Below are positions 41,785 through 50,593 of a stretch of 57,344 bases of DNA, in pieces; within the stretch, counting starts at the first letter, position 1; each line of letters opens with the position of its first letter. The translations under genes were made by a program, and so were the position numbers. Origin of the DNA: Candidatus Polarisedimenticolia bacterium (GTDB taxonomy: Bacteria > Acidobacteriota > Polarisedimenticolia > Gp22-AA2); contig JBFGDZ010000001.1 of assembly GCA_041580375.1 (NCBI GenBank), positions 1 through 57,344 on the forward strand, written 5' to 3'. The notes under the pieces were generated by a model. It had not been told where the DNA came from and ran no database searches. It saw only the letters and a program-made list of their open reading frames with translations.

Positions 41785-42864
41785 TCACGACTCCGGAATC
41801 AGGACGACGCGGAGGGACGTCTTCCGATCGTGCACCTCCGCGAACGTCTCATTAATGGTTGCGAGAGGGCGCCGCTCGATGAACGGCTCGAGCGCCACCT
41901 GCCCGGACAGCACGAGATCGACGACCTCCGGATAATGCTCCGGGAGGCACCCCCAGTTGCCCTGCGCCGTCGCGTCGAACGCCATCAGGTTCGACAGGCG
42001 CAGCTCGGTTTTCCGGGGCGTGAATCCCACGATCGAGAGATGCCCTCCCGGCTCGATCAGGCCGAACGCGGTCGCCTGACCTTCCGGCGTGCCGGAAGTC
42101 TCGAAGATCCTCCGCCTCCAGGTCGGAATGCCGCGCTCGCCGGCGAAGCACCGCACGCGGTCCCGCAGCTCTCTGAAACCGGTCGACCCGGCCCGGACCG
42201 TCAGCGCCGCGCCGTGGCGGGACAGCCGATCCAGCCGCTCCGGGTCGATGTCGATCGCCACGACCGCCGCCCCGCGAGCGCGGGCGATCTGCACGCCGAA
42301 GCCGCCCACGCCGCCGGCGCCCACGAACACGGCCAGATCGCCTTCCCCCAGGCCGCTCCGCACGATCGCCTGGTACGGCGTCGAGACGGCGTCGGCGACG
42401 ACCGACAGCGACGCGAGGTCGAGACCTCCCGGATTGGCCGACCGGTCCTCCAGATCCGGGACGGGGCAGAGACCGCGCGCGGGCACGCGGATGTGGGTGG
42501 CGAAGCCGCCGTGGACGTCGCTCCCCGGGAAGACCTGCTTCGGGCAGATCGATCCGCGCCCCGCGCGGCACGCCCCGCACTCCCCACAGGGGATCACGGC
42601 GGGCACGACGACCGCCCGGCCGCCCCATTCCTCCGCCCCCTCCCCCGCATCGACGACGACGCCGCTGATCTCATGGCCGAGCGTGAGGGGGAACGGGCGG
42701 CGCGTCGGAACGCCCTCGTAGTAGAAGCCGAGATCCGTGTGGCAGACGCCGCAACCGGCCACCTCGACCAGAACCTCGCCGCGCCCCGGGCTCTCCTCGC
42801 GGGCCTCCCGGACCATCGGCTCCCCGCGGCTCCGCACGACCCATCCCGTCATCCGCATCTCCAT
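41785..42864 (-). CDS. had: Zn-dependent alcohol dehydrogenase family; candidate 6-hydroxycyclohex-1-ene-1-carbonyl-CoA dehydrogenase
   Basis: ~357 aa with GVCHTDLGFY, TLGHEISGVV and CGECGACRAGRGSIC (structural Zn), plus the Rossmann motif VFVGAGGVGGFGV. It is the first gene of the operon, 3 nt before oah. The ATGs at 42858 or 42852 have better SD spacing than 42864. Confidence 0.75.
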   Translation of the reverse strand: MEMRMTGWVVRSRGEPMVREAREESPGRGEVLVEVAGCGVCHTDLGFYYEGVPTRRPFPLTLGHEISGVVVDAGEGAEEWGGRAVVVPAVIPCGECGACRAGRGSICPKQVFPGSDVHGGFATHIRVPARGLCPVPDLEDRSANPGGLDLASLSVVADAVSTPYQAIVRSGLGEGDLAVFVGAGGVGGFGVQIARARGAAVVAIDIDPERLDRLSRHGAALTVRAGSTGFRELRDRVRCFAGERGIPTWRRRIFETSGTPEGQATAFGLIEPGGHLSIVGFTPRKTELRLSNLMAFDATAQGNWGCLPEHYPEVVDLVLSGQVALEPFIERRPLATINETFAEVHDRKTSLRVVLIPES

Positions 42865-42904
42865 CCCTCCACCGGGCCATCCCCCATGCCTTCAGCGAAC
42901 TCGA

Positions 42905-42940
42905 CCTTAATAGGAATTCGGATATCGAATATCTAATATA
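42905..42940 (-). promoter_or_regulatory. AT-rich putative promoter/operator region of the benzoyl-CoA operon
   Basis: This is the only AT-rich stretch in the 138-nt gap upstream of had. The minus strand reads TAGATA, 17 nt, then TATTAA. A perfect 13-bp palindrome GATATCGAATATC (42921-42933) overlaps the -35/spacer. Pattern match only. Confidence 0.3.
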
Positions 42941-42941
42941 A

Positions 42942-42955
42942 ACGCCGGCCGGCGT
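42942..42955 (-). terminator. Possible intrinsic terminator of the upstream lipoprotein gene
   Basis: Perfect GC-rich palindrome ACGCCGGCCGGCGT, followed on the minus strand by TTTATATT, about 50 nt after the stop at 43003. Confidence 0.4.
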
Positions 42956-43002
42956 CAAGCGGGGTTCGTGATGGGACGGGCGGGACGCCGGTCGTGCGCT
43001 CC

Positions 43003-43716
43003 CTACCAGGGTTGTTCGCGGGCGCGTTGCTCGCGCTCCGCCTCCTCGCGGCGCGTGAGCGCCTCGCGCGCCGCGAGGCTGGTGATCGTCACGACGATCC
43101 GCGCCGGCTTTTTCGGATCGTCCCTGCGGGCGATCGAGCGGAGGTCGGCCTCGACGTCGCACGAGGAGTCCCTCCACTTCCCCACGATCAGGATGCGCTC
43201 GATTCCTTCCGGCTCGATCGATTCGCCCCACCGCTCCGCGAGGCGCGATCGCGCGTCCTCCACGCCGGCGACGCGGTCGGTGAGGTCTATCGAGAACGAC
43301 GTGACGCCGGCCTCGTCCCCCGCGGCGTCCGCGAGCACCGCCTCGCGGAGCCCGTCTTCTCCCGGGACCGCACGGCCGTAGTGCACCGCGCCGGCACCCT
43401 GGCCGTCCCGGCCCGGCTCGCGGGTCAGGCCCGGACGGATGCGCCGCGCCTCCGCGATGGTCATCCCCAGCCGCAATCCGCCGAGCGCCCATCGGGCGCA
43501 CGGCCCGGCGGCCGCGGAGGACCACGGATCGCCGGCCGCTTCGACGATCCACCTCCGCGCCGGGGCGGTCGAGCCGCCCTCCTCCATCGCCCCCGCGGTC
43601 GGAGGCTTCTCCCGCCCCGCTCGCTCACCGCAGGCGATCGCGACCAGGATCAGACCCGCAGCGAACGCGGATGCCCGGGGTCCGGGCGAAGGTCGGGCGT
43701 GAGATCGGCGGGTCAT
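43003..43716 (-). CDS. Hypothetical lipoprotein
   Basis: 237 aa. N-terminal basic region plus lipobox (GLILVAIAC). I recognised no family. Confidence 0.55.
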   Translation of the reverse strand: MTRRSHARPSPGPRASAFAAGLILVAIACGERAGREKPPTAGAMEEGGSTAPARRWIVEAAGDPWSSAAAGPCARWALGGLRLGMTIAEARRIRPGLTREPGRDGQGAGAVHYGRAVPGEDGLREAVLADAAGDEAGVTSFSIDLTDRVAGVEDARSRLAERWGESIEPEGIERILIVGKWRDSSCDVEADLRSIARRDDPKKPARIVVTITSLAAREALTRREEAEREQRAREQPW

Positions 43717-43796
43717 CGAAAAATGCTGCAGTCTCTCAGGATCCCGACCGGAACCTCAAGCGATACGTGAGGTCGAAACCTCAACCGACACTTGAA

Positions 43797-44333
43797 CTAG
43801 TACTTGAAGATGATTCCGAGGCTCAGGTTCCAGATGTCAAAGTCGTCGCCGAACAGATCCGGCTGGGTATAGTCGTAGTCCGCGAAGAACGCGATGCGCG
43901 GGGTGCCGGCCTCGAGTCCCCCGCCGATCGACAGCGTCACGTCGTCATCGGACGAGGACCCCAGGAACGGGATGGTGGCCTCGAAGTCGGTGCGCGCCAG
44001 CCCGAACTTGACGTGCGGGCGCACGCGCTTCCCGTGCCGCCACATGATCATGGCGTGGACGGAGAACTGCTGGTACTCGTCCTCCTCCCCGAACAGAAGA
44101 TCCTCGTCGTCCTCCATGTCGCGATAGGAGAGCAGGACCCCCCACTGATCGGTGATGCCCGCCTTCCAGAACAGCGTGTAGCCGACGAATTCGAGCTCCT
44201 CGGGGAGGGTGTCCGCGTCGAGTATTCCCTGGTTGAGGGCGATCCCCGCGCCGCTGCGGTTGTCGAGAGCCGACGCCGGCGCGGCGACGAGGAGAAGGAG
44301 AGCGAGGATGACGAAAGCGCGCGACGCTTTCAT
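43797..44333 (-). CDS. Small outer-membrane beta-barrel protein (OmpW/OmpA-beta-barrel-like)
   Basis: The ATG at 44333 gives MKASRAFVILALLLLVAAPASA (signal peptide). It has alternating amphipathic strands and a C-terminal aromatic residue (LSLGIIFKY). The family call is tentative. Confidence 0.6.
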   Translation of the reverse strand: MKASRAFVILALLLLVAAPASALDNRSGAGIALNQGILDADTLPEELEFVGYTLFWKAGITDQWGVLLSYRDMEDDEDLLFGEEDEYQQFSVHAMIMWRHGKRVRPHVKFGLARTDFEATIPFLGSSSDDDVTLSIGGGLEAGTPRIAFFADYDYTQPDLFGDDFDIWNLSLGIIFKY

Positions 44334-44439
44334 GCGGGACCTCCCGCGCCCCGGTCCGGGCGCAAACGGCGCGCGGAGCCGGCCCACGCCGTCCCGCGCC
44401 GCACTGTTCGTATGATCGACTGGAGAGCGCCGCCGCGTC

Positions 44440-44946
44440 TCAACGCGCGTTCTCGTGAAGGTAACGCAGGACGCCGCGGATGGAGATGAAGCGGAGGGGC
44501 TGGCCCTCCTCGACGATCGGGATGTGACGGTAACTGCCGACGGCCATCCGGTTCAGGGCGAACGCGATCGTGTCGTCGCCGCTGAGGCTCTTGGGATCGC
44601 GGGTCATGACGTCGCGGATCGGAGTCCGGACCAGATCGAGCCGCTTCCCGGTCAGCTTGTTGAGGGCGTCCCGCTCGGTGAAGATGCCGACGAGCCGGCC
44701 GTTCTCGACGACCATGGCGCTGCCGATACGCCGATCCCGCATATTCTGCACGACCTCCGAGACCGGATCGGTCGGCTTCACGGTGAGCGCCGGCAGCGGC
44801 TGGAGCTCGCGCAGCGGGGTCTCCATGATCCGCCGCTGCAGACCGTGCTTGGGCCGCGGGATGTCGATCGATCTCAGATCCTGCCCGCAATGCTCGCAGG
44901 CGTCCACGCCGTCGATGTTGTCATGACCACAATCGGGGCACGTCAC
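44440..44946 (-). CDS. Zinc-ribbon + CBS-pair domain protein
   Basis: 168 aa. N-terminal CPDCGHDN...CEHCG zinc ribbon, then two CBS motifs (RIGSAMVVENGRLVGIFTERDALNKL; SYRHIPIVEEGQPLRFISIRGVLRYL). Confidence 0.85.
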   Translation of the reverse strand: MTCPDCGHDNIDGVDACEHCGQDLRSIDIPRPKHGLQRRIMETPLRELQPLPALTVKPTDPVSEVVQNMRDRRIGSAMVVENGRLVGIFTERDALNKLTGKRLDLVRTPIRDVMTRDPKSLSGDDTIAFALNRMAVGSYRHIPIVEEGQPLRFISIRGVLRYLHENAR

Positions 44947-44974
44947 GCGCGTCCCTCCCGGCGCCCGGCGGCGC

Positions 44975-46014
<1,040 letters not shown>

Positions 46015-46018
<4 letters not shown>

Positions 46019-47934
46019 GCTGATTCTCCGAGAAGCCTGTTGATCTCCGCGACGATCTCACGCACGCGGAAAGGTTTGCCCTGCACCTTGTTCAGCCCCG
46101 CCGCATCGACCAGGTAGCGTGACCGGATCAGCATCCGCAGCTGGCCCAGGTTGAGCTCCGGGACGAGAATTCTGTCGTAACGGCTGAGGATCGTACCCAG
46201 ATTGCGGGGAAACGGATTGAGATGCCTGAGATGGACGGATGCCACGGCCGCCCCCTGGCGCTGCGCCGACTCCACGGCCGATGTGATCGCCCCGTGGGTG
46301 CTCCCCCATCCCACGACGAGCAGGCGCCCCCGGTCGGGTCCGTTGACCTTGAGCTCCGGAATGTCGTTGGCGATGCGGGCGATCTTCTCGGCCCTGAGTC
46401 GGACCATCTTCTCGTGATTCTGCGGGTCGTAGCTGACGTTGCCGGTTCCGTCCTCCTTCTCCAACCCGCCGATGCGATGCTCCAGCCCGGGCGTGCCGGG
46501 GATGGCCCACGGTCGCGCCAGCGTCTCAGGATCGCGGGCGTACGGCTGGAAGTCGACGGGGCTGGAACGGAACGCGGCGTCGAGCCCGGGAAGATCTCCG
46601 GGATTCGGGACGCGCCAGGGCTCGGATCCGTTGCCCAGATAGCCGTCCGACATGAAGAAGACCGGCGTCATGTACTTGATCGCGATCCGGAACGCCTCGA
46701 TCGCCATATGGAAGCAGTCGGCGGGCGTCGCGGGAGCGACGATCGCCACCGGGCACTCGCCGTTGCGGCCGAAGAACGCCTGCAGAAGATCGGCCTGCTC
46801 CGTCTTCGTGGGCAGCCCGGTGCTGGGACCCCCTCTCTGAATGTTGGCGATGACGACCGGAAGCTCCGTCATCACGGCCAGCCCGATCGCCTCGCTCTTC
46901 AGCGCGACCCCCGGGCCGCTCGTCCCGCACAGGCCCAGGGCGCCGCCGTAAGCCGCGCCGATCGCCGCGCCGATGGCGCTGATCTCGTCCTCGGCCTGGA
47001 AGGTTTTCACCGGGTAGTTCTTCAGCCGCGACAGTTCGTGGAGAATGTCGCTGGCCGGTGTGATCGGGTACGAACCATAGAACAGCGGCCTGTTCGAAAG
47101 CAGCGCGGCGGCGATGAATCCCTCCGCCGTCGCCTCGTTGCCCGTGATCTTCCGGTAGACGCCGGGGGCCAGATCGGCCTTCCGGACGCGATAGTGCGAC
47201 GTGAAGATCTCCGTCGTGTCGGCGTAGTTGTAGCCCGCCTGGAGCGCCAGGGTGTTCGCCCGCGCCACCTGCTCGTGGTTCTTGAACTTCTTGTTGATCC
47301 AGTCTCTCGTGTACTCGACCGGACGTTCGTACATCCAGAACACGAGACCGAGGGCGAAGAAATTCTTGCAGCGGGTCGCCTGCCGCCCGCCGAGGCCGGT
47401 CTCCGACACGGCCTGCAGCGTGAGGGAGGTCAGGGGGATCTCGAAGAGCCGGTAGCCGCCGAGGCTCCCGTCCTTGAGGGGGCTCTTCTCGTATCCGGCC
47501 TTGGTGAGATTGCCCTCAGAGAACGCGTCGGAGTCGACGATCAGAATCCCGCCCTCCACCAGATCCCCGATGTTGGTCTTCAGGGCGGCGGGGTTCATGG
47601 CGACGAGCACGTTCGGCTGATCGCCCGGAGTTCTGATGTCGTGGGACGAGAAGTTGATCTGATATCCGCTGACGCCGGCCAGCGTGCCGGCCGGCGCGCG
47701 AATCTCGGCGGGAAAATCGGGCAGGGTCGCCAGATCATTGCCCACGAGCGCCGTGGTGTCCGCGAACTGGGTCCCCGTCAGCTGCATGCCGTCGCCGGAG
47801 TCTCCGGCGAACCGAATGACCACCTCCTCGAGTTCGTGGACCTGGGCCTTGGGGGGCACAACCTCGGTCTGTGTGCTCACTTCCTTCGTGATCTCCTCGC
47901 GCTTCCTCCGCGCCTGGGTTCCCGCAATCCTCAC
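46015..47934 (-). CDS. korA: 2-oxoglutarate/2-oxoacid:ferredoxin oxidoreductase alpha subunit (fused gamma-alpha type)
   Basis: 639 aa. IRFAGDSGDGMQLTG (gamma-like N-terminus), then GSYPITPASDILHEL, GTSGPGVALKSEAIG and GGPSTGLPTKTEQADL. The GTG start overlaps the upstream CBS gene stop (GTGA). Confidence 0.92.
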
Positions 47935-48398
47935 GCTCCCTCGGGCGTGTTAAATGTCTGATGCAGCCGGGGCGGCAGGTTCACGACCTCCTCGGGGAAG
48001 TGCTCCGCCACGTACTTCACGATGTCGCGCACCGCGATCATCCCCATCCGGAGGCCCGCCTTGTCGACCAGCGGGACGTGCCTGTATCCCCGCTCGGTCA
48101 TGAGCCGGACGGCGTCGCCGAGCCGATCGTCCTCGGACAACACCTCCGGGTCCGGCGTCATGTAGCGTTCGATCGGGTCGGCATGGTTCACGTTCGTCCC
48201 GATCAGCTTGTTGAGGACGTCCCGCTCGGTGAAGATGCCGCGCAGTTTCTCGCCGTCGCAGATGAGGACGCACCCGACGCCGTCCTCCTTCATGACCCGC
48301 AGCGTCTCCTCCAGATTCGTCCCGATCGGGATGCACGTCGGGTTGGAAACCGGGAGATTCCCCAGTCGTTCGTCTCTGAGGGCCTCCTCGATGGTCAT
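47931..48398 (-). CDS. CBS-pair domain protein
   Basis: 155 aa from the ATG at 48398 (GGAGGAG 8 nt upstream). Two CBS motifs (VGCVLICDGEKLRGIFTERDVLNKL; GYRHVPLVDKAGLRMGMIAVRDIVKYV). It is a paralogue of the CBS part of 44440-44946. Confidence 0.85.
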   Translation of the reverse strand: MTIEEALRDERLGNLPVSNPTCIPIGTNLEETLRVMKEDGVGCVLICDGEKLRGIFTERDVLNKLIGTNVNHADPIERYMTPDPEVLSEDDRLGDAVRLMTERGYRHVPLVDKAGLRMGMIAVRDIVKYVAEHFPEEVVNLPPRLHQTFNTPEGA

Positions 48399-48598
48399 GG
48401 GATCCGCTCCTCCGAAGGAGTGAATATACTCCGGATCGGCCGCCGAAGGAAACCGGCCGGAGCGCCGCACGCCGCAGGCCCCGCGCGTCGACCGGATCCG
48501 TCCCCGGCTTTATGGTATAAACCCGACGTCCCGGCGCGATGCGAGCCGCCGTGAGAACGCCGCGCGGGAGGTCCGCGCCGGGCGACGCTGGAGGAGGC

Positions 48599-48802
48599 AT
48601 GGCGAACGATCGGCAGTTCCGGCGCGGAGCGAGACCACCCGGGCAGACGGCCGGGCCGGGCCGGCGCACCCTGGTGCCGCAGGAATCCCTCCCCGGATGG
48701 AAGGCGGCCCTCCAGGTCGCCATCCTGCTGGGCATTCCGGTGGCCCTGCTGCTGATCGCCCGGACCATCCTGCGCGTCTATTTTCCGCATCTCGGCTACT
48801 GA
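48599..48802 (+). CDS. Hypothetical small single-pass membrane protein
   Basis: 67 aa from the ATG at 48599 (GGAGGAGG directly upstream). One TM helix (AALQVAILLGIPVALLLIARTIL). There is no recognisable family, so coding status is uncertain. Confidence 0.4.
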   Translation: MANDRQFRRGARPPGQTAGPGRRTLVPQESLPGWKAALQVAILLGIPVALLLIARTILRVYFPHLGY

Positions 48803-48843
48803 CGTCCGGCGCGGCGGCGGCCGGCCATGTCCGTTCACGCGCC

Positions 48844-48872
48844 TTGACAGCCCGTGGAGGCGCACGTAGCAT
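48844..48872 (+). promoter_or_regulatory. Putative sigma70-type promoter
   Basis: Consensus TTGACA (48844-48849), 17 nt, then TAGCAT (48867-48872), about 90 nt upstream of the ATG at 48962. Confidence 0.5.
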
Positions 48873-48961
48873 GGGCCGCGATCGGGCCCGCGCCGGTTCC
48901 GCGACGGGCGGCGGCCCCGAACCCTCTGGCCCTTCGATCGGTCCATAACGGGAGGCAGACC

Positions 48962-49492
48962 ATGAAAAGCGTCACGTCGTCGGGGACCATGCACCCGTCA
49001 GGCCGTCCCGGGCTCTCCATCCCGGCCGCGCTCCGGGCGATCGCCGTGCTGGCCGTCATCGCGGCGGCCGCGATGCCGGGGTCTCCGGCTCTCGCGCAGC
49101 AGGAGGAACGCGGATCCGATCTCACGGTCGGACCGGCGGCGATCTGCAGGGACGTGCAGGAGCGGGAGCCGGTGGGCAGCGCCTCCACGTTTTCCCGGGA
49201 CGTCGGGCGGCTGTACTGCTTCACGCGCGTGAACGGCGCGACCGATCCGACCCACGTGACCCACATCTGGTTCCACGAGGATCGCGAAGTGCACCGCATG
49301 GATCTGAGGGTCGACAGCCCGTCCTGGCGCACCTGGACCTACAAGACGATCCCGCCCGAATGGACCGGCTCGTGGAGGGTGGACGTCCAGGACGCCGACG
49401 GCGTCATCATCTACTCGATCCCGTTCACCGTCTCGGAGGGCGCCGGGTCCGGCGGCGATGAAGCGGCCCCGGATCGTCCGCCGGGCGACTAG
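48962..49492 (+). CDS. Secreted protein resembling the DUF2914 family
   Basis: 176 aa from the ATG at 48962 (GGAGG upstream). Signal peptide (AIAVLAVIAAAAMPGSPALA). CRDVQEREPVG...LYCFTRV...VTHIWFHEDREVHRMDLRVDSPSWRTWTYKTIPPEWTGSWRVDVQDADGVIIYSIPF matches my recollection of DUF2914. Confidence 0.6.
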   Translation: MKSVTSSGTMHPSGRPGLSIPAALRAIAVLAVIAAAAMPGSPALAQQEERGSDLTVGPAAICRDVQEREPVGSASTFSRDVGRLYCFTRVNGATDPTHVTHIWFHEDREVHRMDLRVDSPSWRTWTYKTIPPEWTGSWRVDVQDADGVIIYSIPFTVSEGAGSGGDEAAPDRPPGD

Positions 49493-49537
49493 GGGTTTCG
49501 TCTGACCGATTCGGATTCGAGACGGCCCGACGAGGGG

Positions 49538-49954
49538 ATGCTGGTCGCCCATTTCAAGGACGGCCAGATTCGCAAGGGGTTTTCGCGCGATTTCGATCCG
49601 CAGCGAGAATCGTTCCATCTCGTGCGCCGCGAAGGGGAGATCGCCAGCTCGGAGGAGATCCTGCTGGAGGATCTGAAGGCGCTCTTCCACGTCAAGACAT
49701 GGGGGCGCGAGGATCGCCACCGCGGCGTGATGCCCGGGTTCCCGGACCGCTCCGTGCCCCCGCCGTCGGATCGGTCCGGATTGACGCGGACCGTCCTGGA
49801 GTTCTACGACGGGGAGAAGATCTTCTGCTACGCCTCCGACTACGATCCGGGCCGGCGCGGGTTCTACGCGCTGCCGGCCGACCCGGCCGACAACAACCGC
49901 AAGATCTACGTGCTCAACTCCTCGCTCGTAAACATCCAGTTCATCCGGGAGTGA
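49538..49954 (+). CDS. Hypothetical cytoplasmic protein with an internal tandem duplication
   Basis: 138 aa. Two related modules: VAHFKDGQIRKGFSRDFDPQRESFHL and VLEFYDGEKIFCYASDYDPGRRGFYAL. I recognised no family. Confidence 0.6.
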   Translation: MLVAHFKDGQIRKGFSRDFDPQRESFHLVRREGEIASSEEILLEDLKALFHVKTWGREDRHRGVMPGFPDRSVPPPSDRSGLTRTVLEFYDGEKIFCYASDYDPGRRGFYALPADPADNNRKIYVLNSSLVNIQFIRE

Positions 49955-49955
49955 C

Positions 49956-50534
49956 GTGATCGGCGGTACGGCGCGACGCCTGCTGATCCTCGCGGCGGCG
50001 ATGCTCATCGCCTCCGAGGCGAACCGGGTGGCGGCGGGTCCGCGTCCTCCCAAGAGCCCGCCCGCGCTGATCCTCGCCACAACCGGCGGCCGGGAGCGGC
50101 TGGTGGAAGCGGCCGACCTCACTTTCGCGTCCTTCGAGCGCATCTACCACCGCAGGAGGGCGGCGGCCGGCGAGCTCCCGCAGGGGCCGCGCGTGGACGT
50201 CGAGAGCAGGCGACGCGAGTGCGCCTGCGTGCGGCTGGCGGACTGGTCGCGGATCAAGTTCAAGGAGCTCCGACAGATCGAGATCGAGTACCCGCGGGAC
50301 GGCCCCGCCGCCCTGCTGCGGCTCACCCGCGACGACGGTTCGATCCAGGTGCTTCCGGCGGAACGGCTGTACGGCGCCGGCGAACCGCTCCCTCCCCGCT
50401 TCGTCGCCACCGTCGACGGCGTCCTGCGCGAGTACCGGCTGATCCGCGCGGAGGCCGGACACGATCGGTGGCCCGACGAGCGCCTGGTGCGCATCCTGCT
50501 GCAGCGCCCGGCGGTGAAGAAGCGGGATCGCTAG
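49956..50534 (+). CDS. Hypothetical secreted protein
   Basis: 192 aa. The GTG at 49956 is 1 nt after the previous stop. N-terminal signal-like segment (RRLLILAAAMLIASEA). I recognised no family. Confidence 0.5.
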   Translation: MIGGTARRLLILAAAMLIASEANRVAAGPRPPKSPPALILATTGGRERLVEAADLTFASFERIYHRRRAAAGELPQGPRVDVESRRRECACVRLADWSRIKFKELRQIEIEYPRDGPAALLRLTRDDGSIQVLPAERLYGAGEPLPPRFVATVDGVLREYRLIRAEAGHDRWPDERLVRILLQRPAVKKRDR

Positions 50535-50593
50535 GGGCCCGTCCCCGCCTCCCGCCGGATCGCGCCCCGGCGCTATGGTAGTCTCTCGCCGCG

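Noticed and set aside
42873-42892. Sigma54-like -24/-12 element (AGGCATGGGGGATGGC on the minus strand) upstream of had
   Set aside because: The -12 element reads TGG-C instead of TTGC and is one base out of register with GG-N10-GC. It sits only ~25 nt from the start codon. No enhancer-binding protein is encoded nearby.
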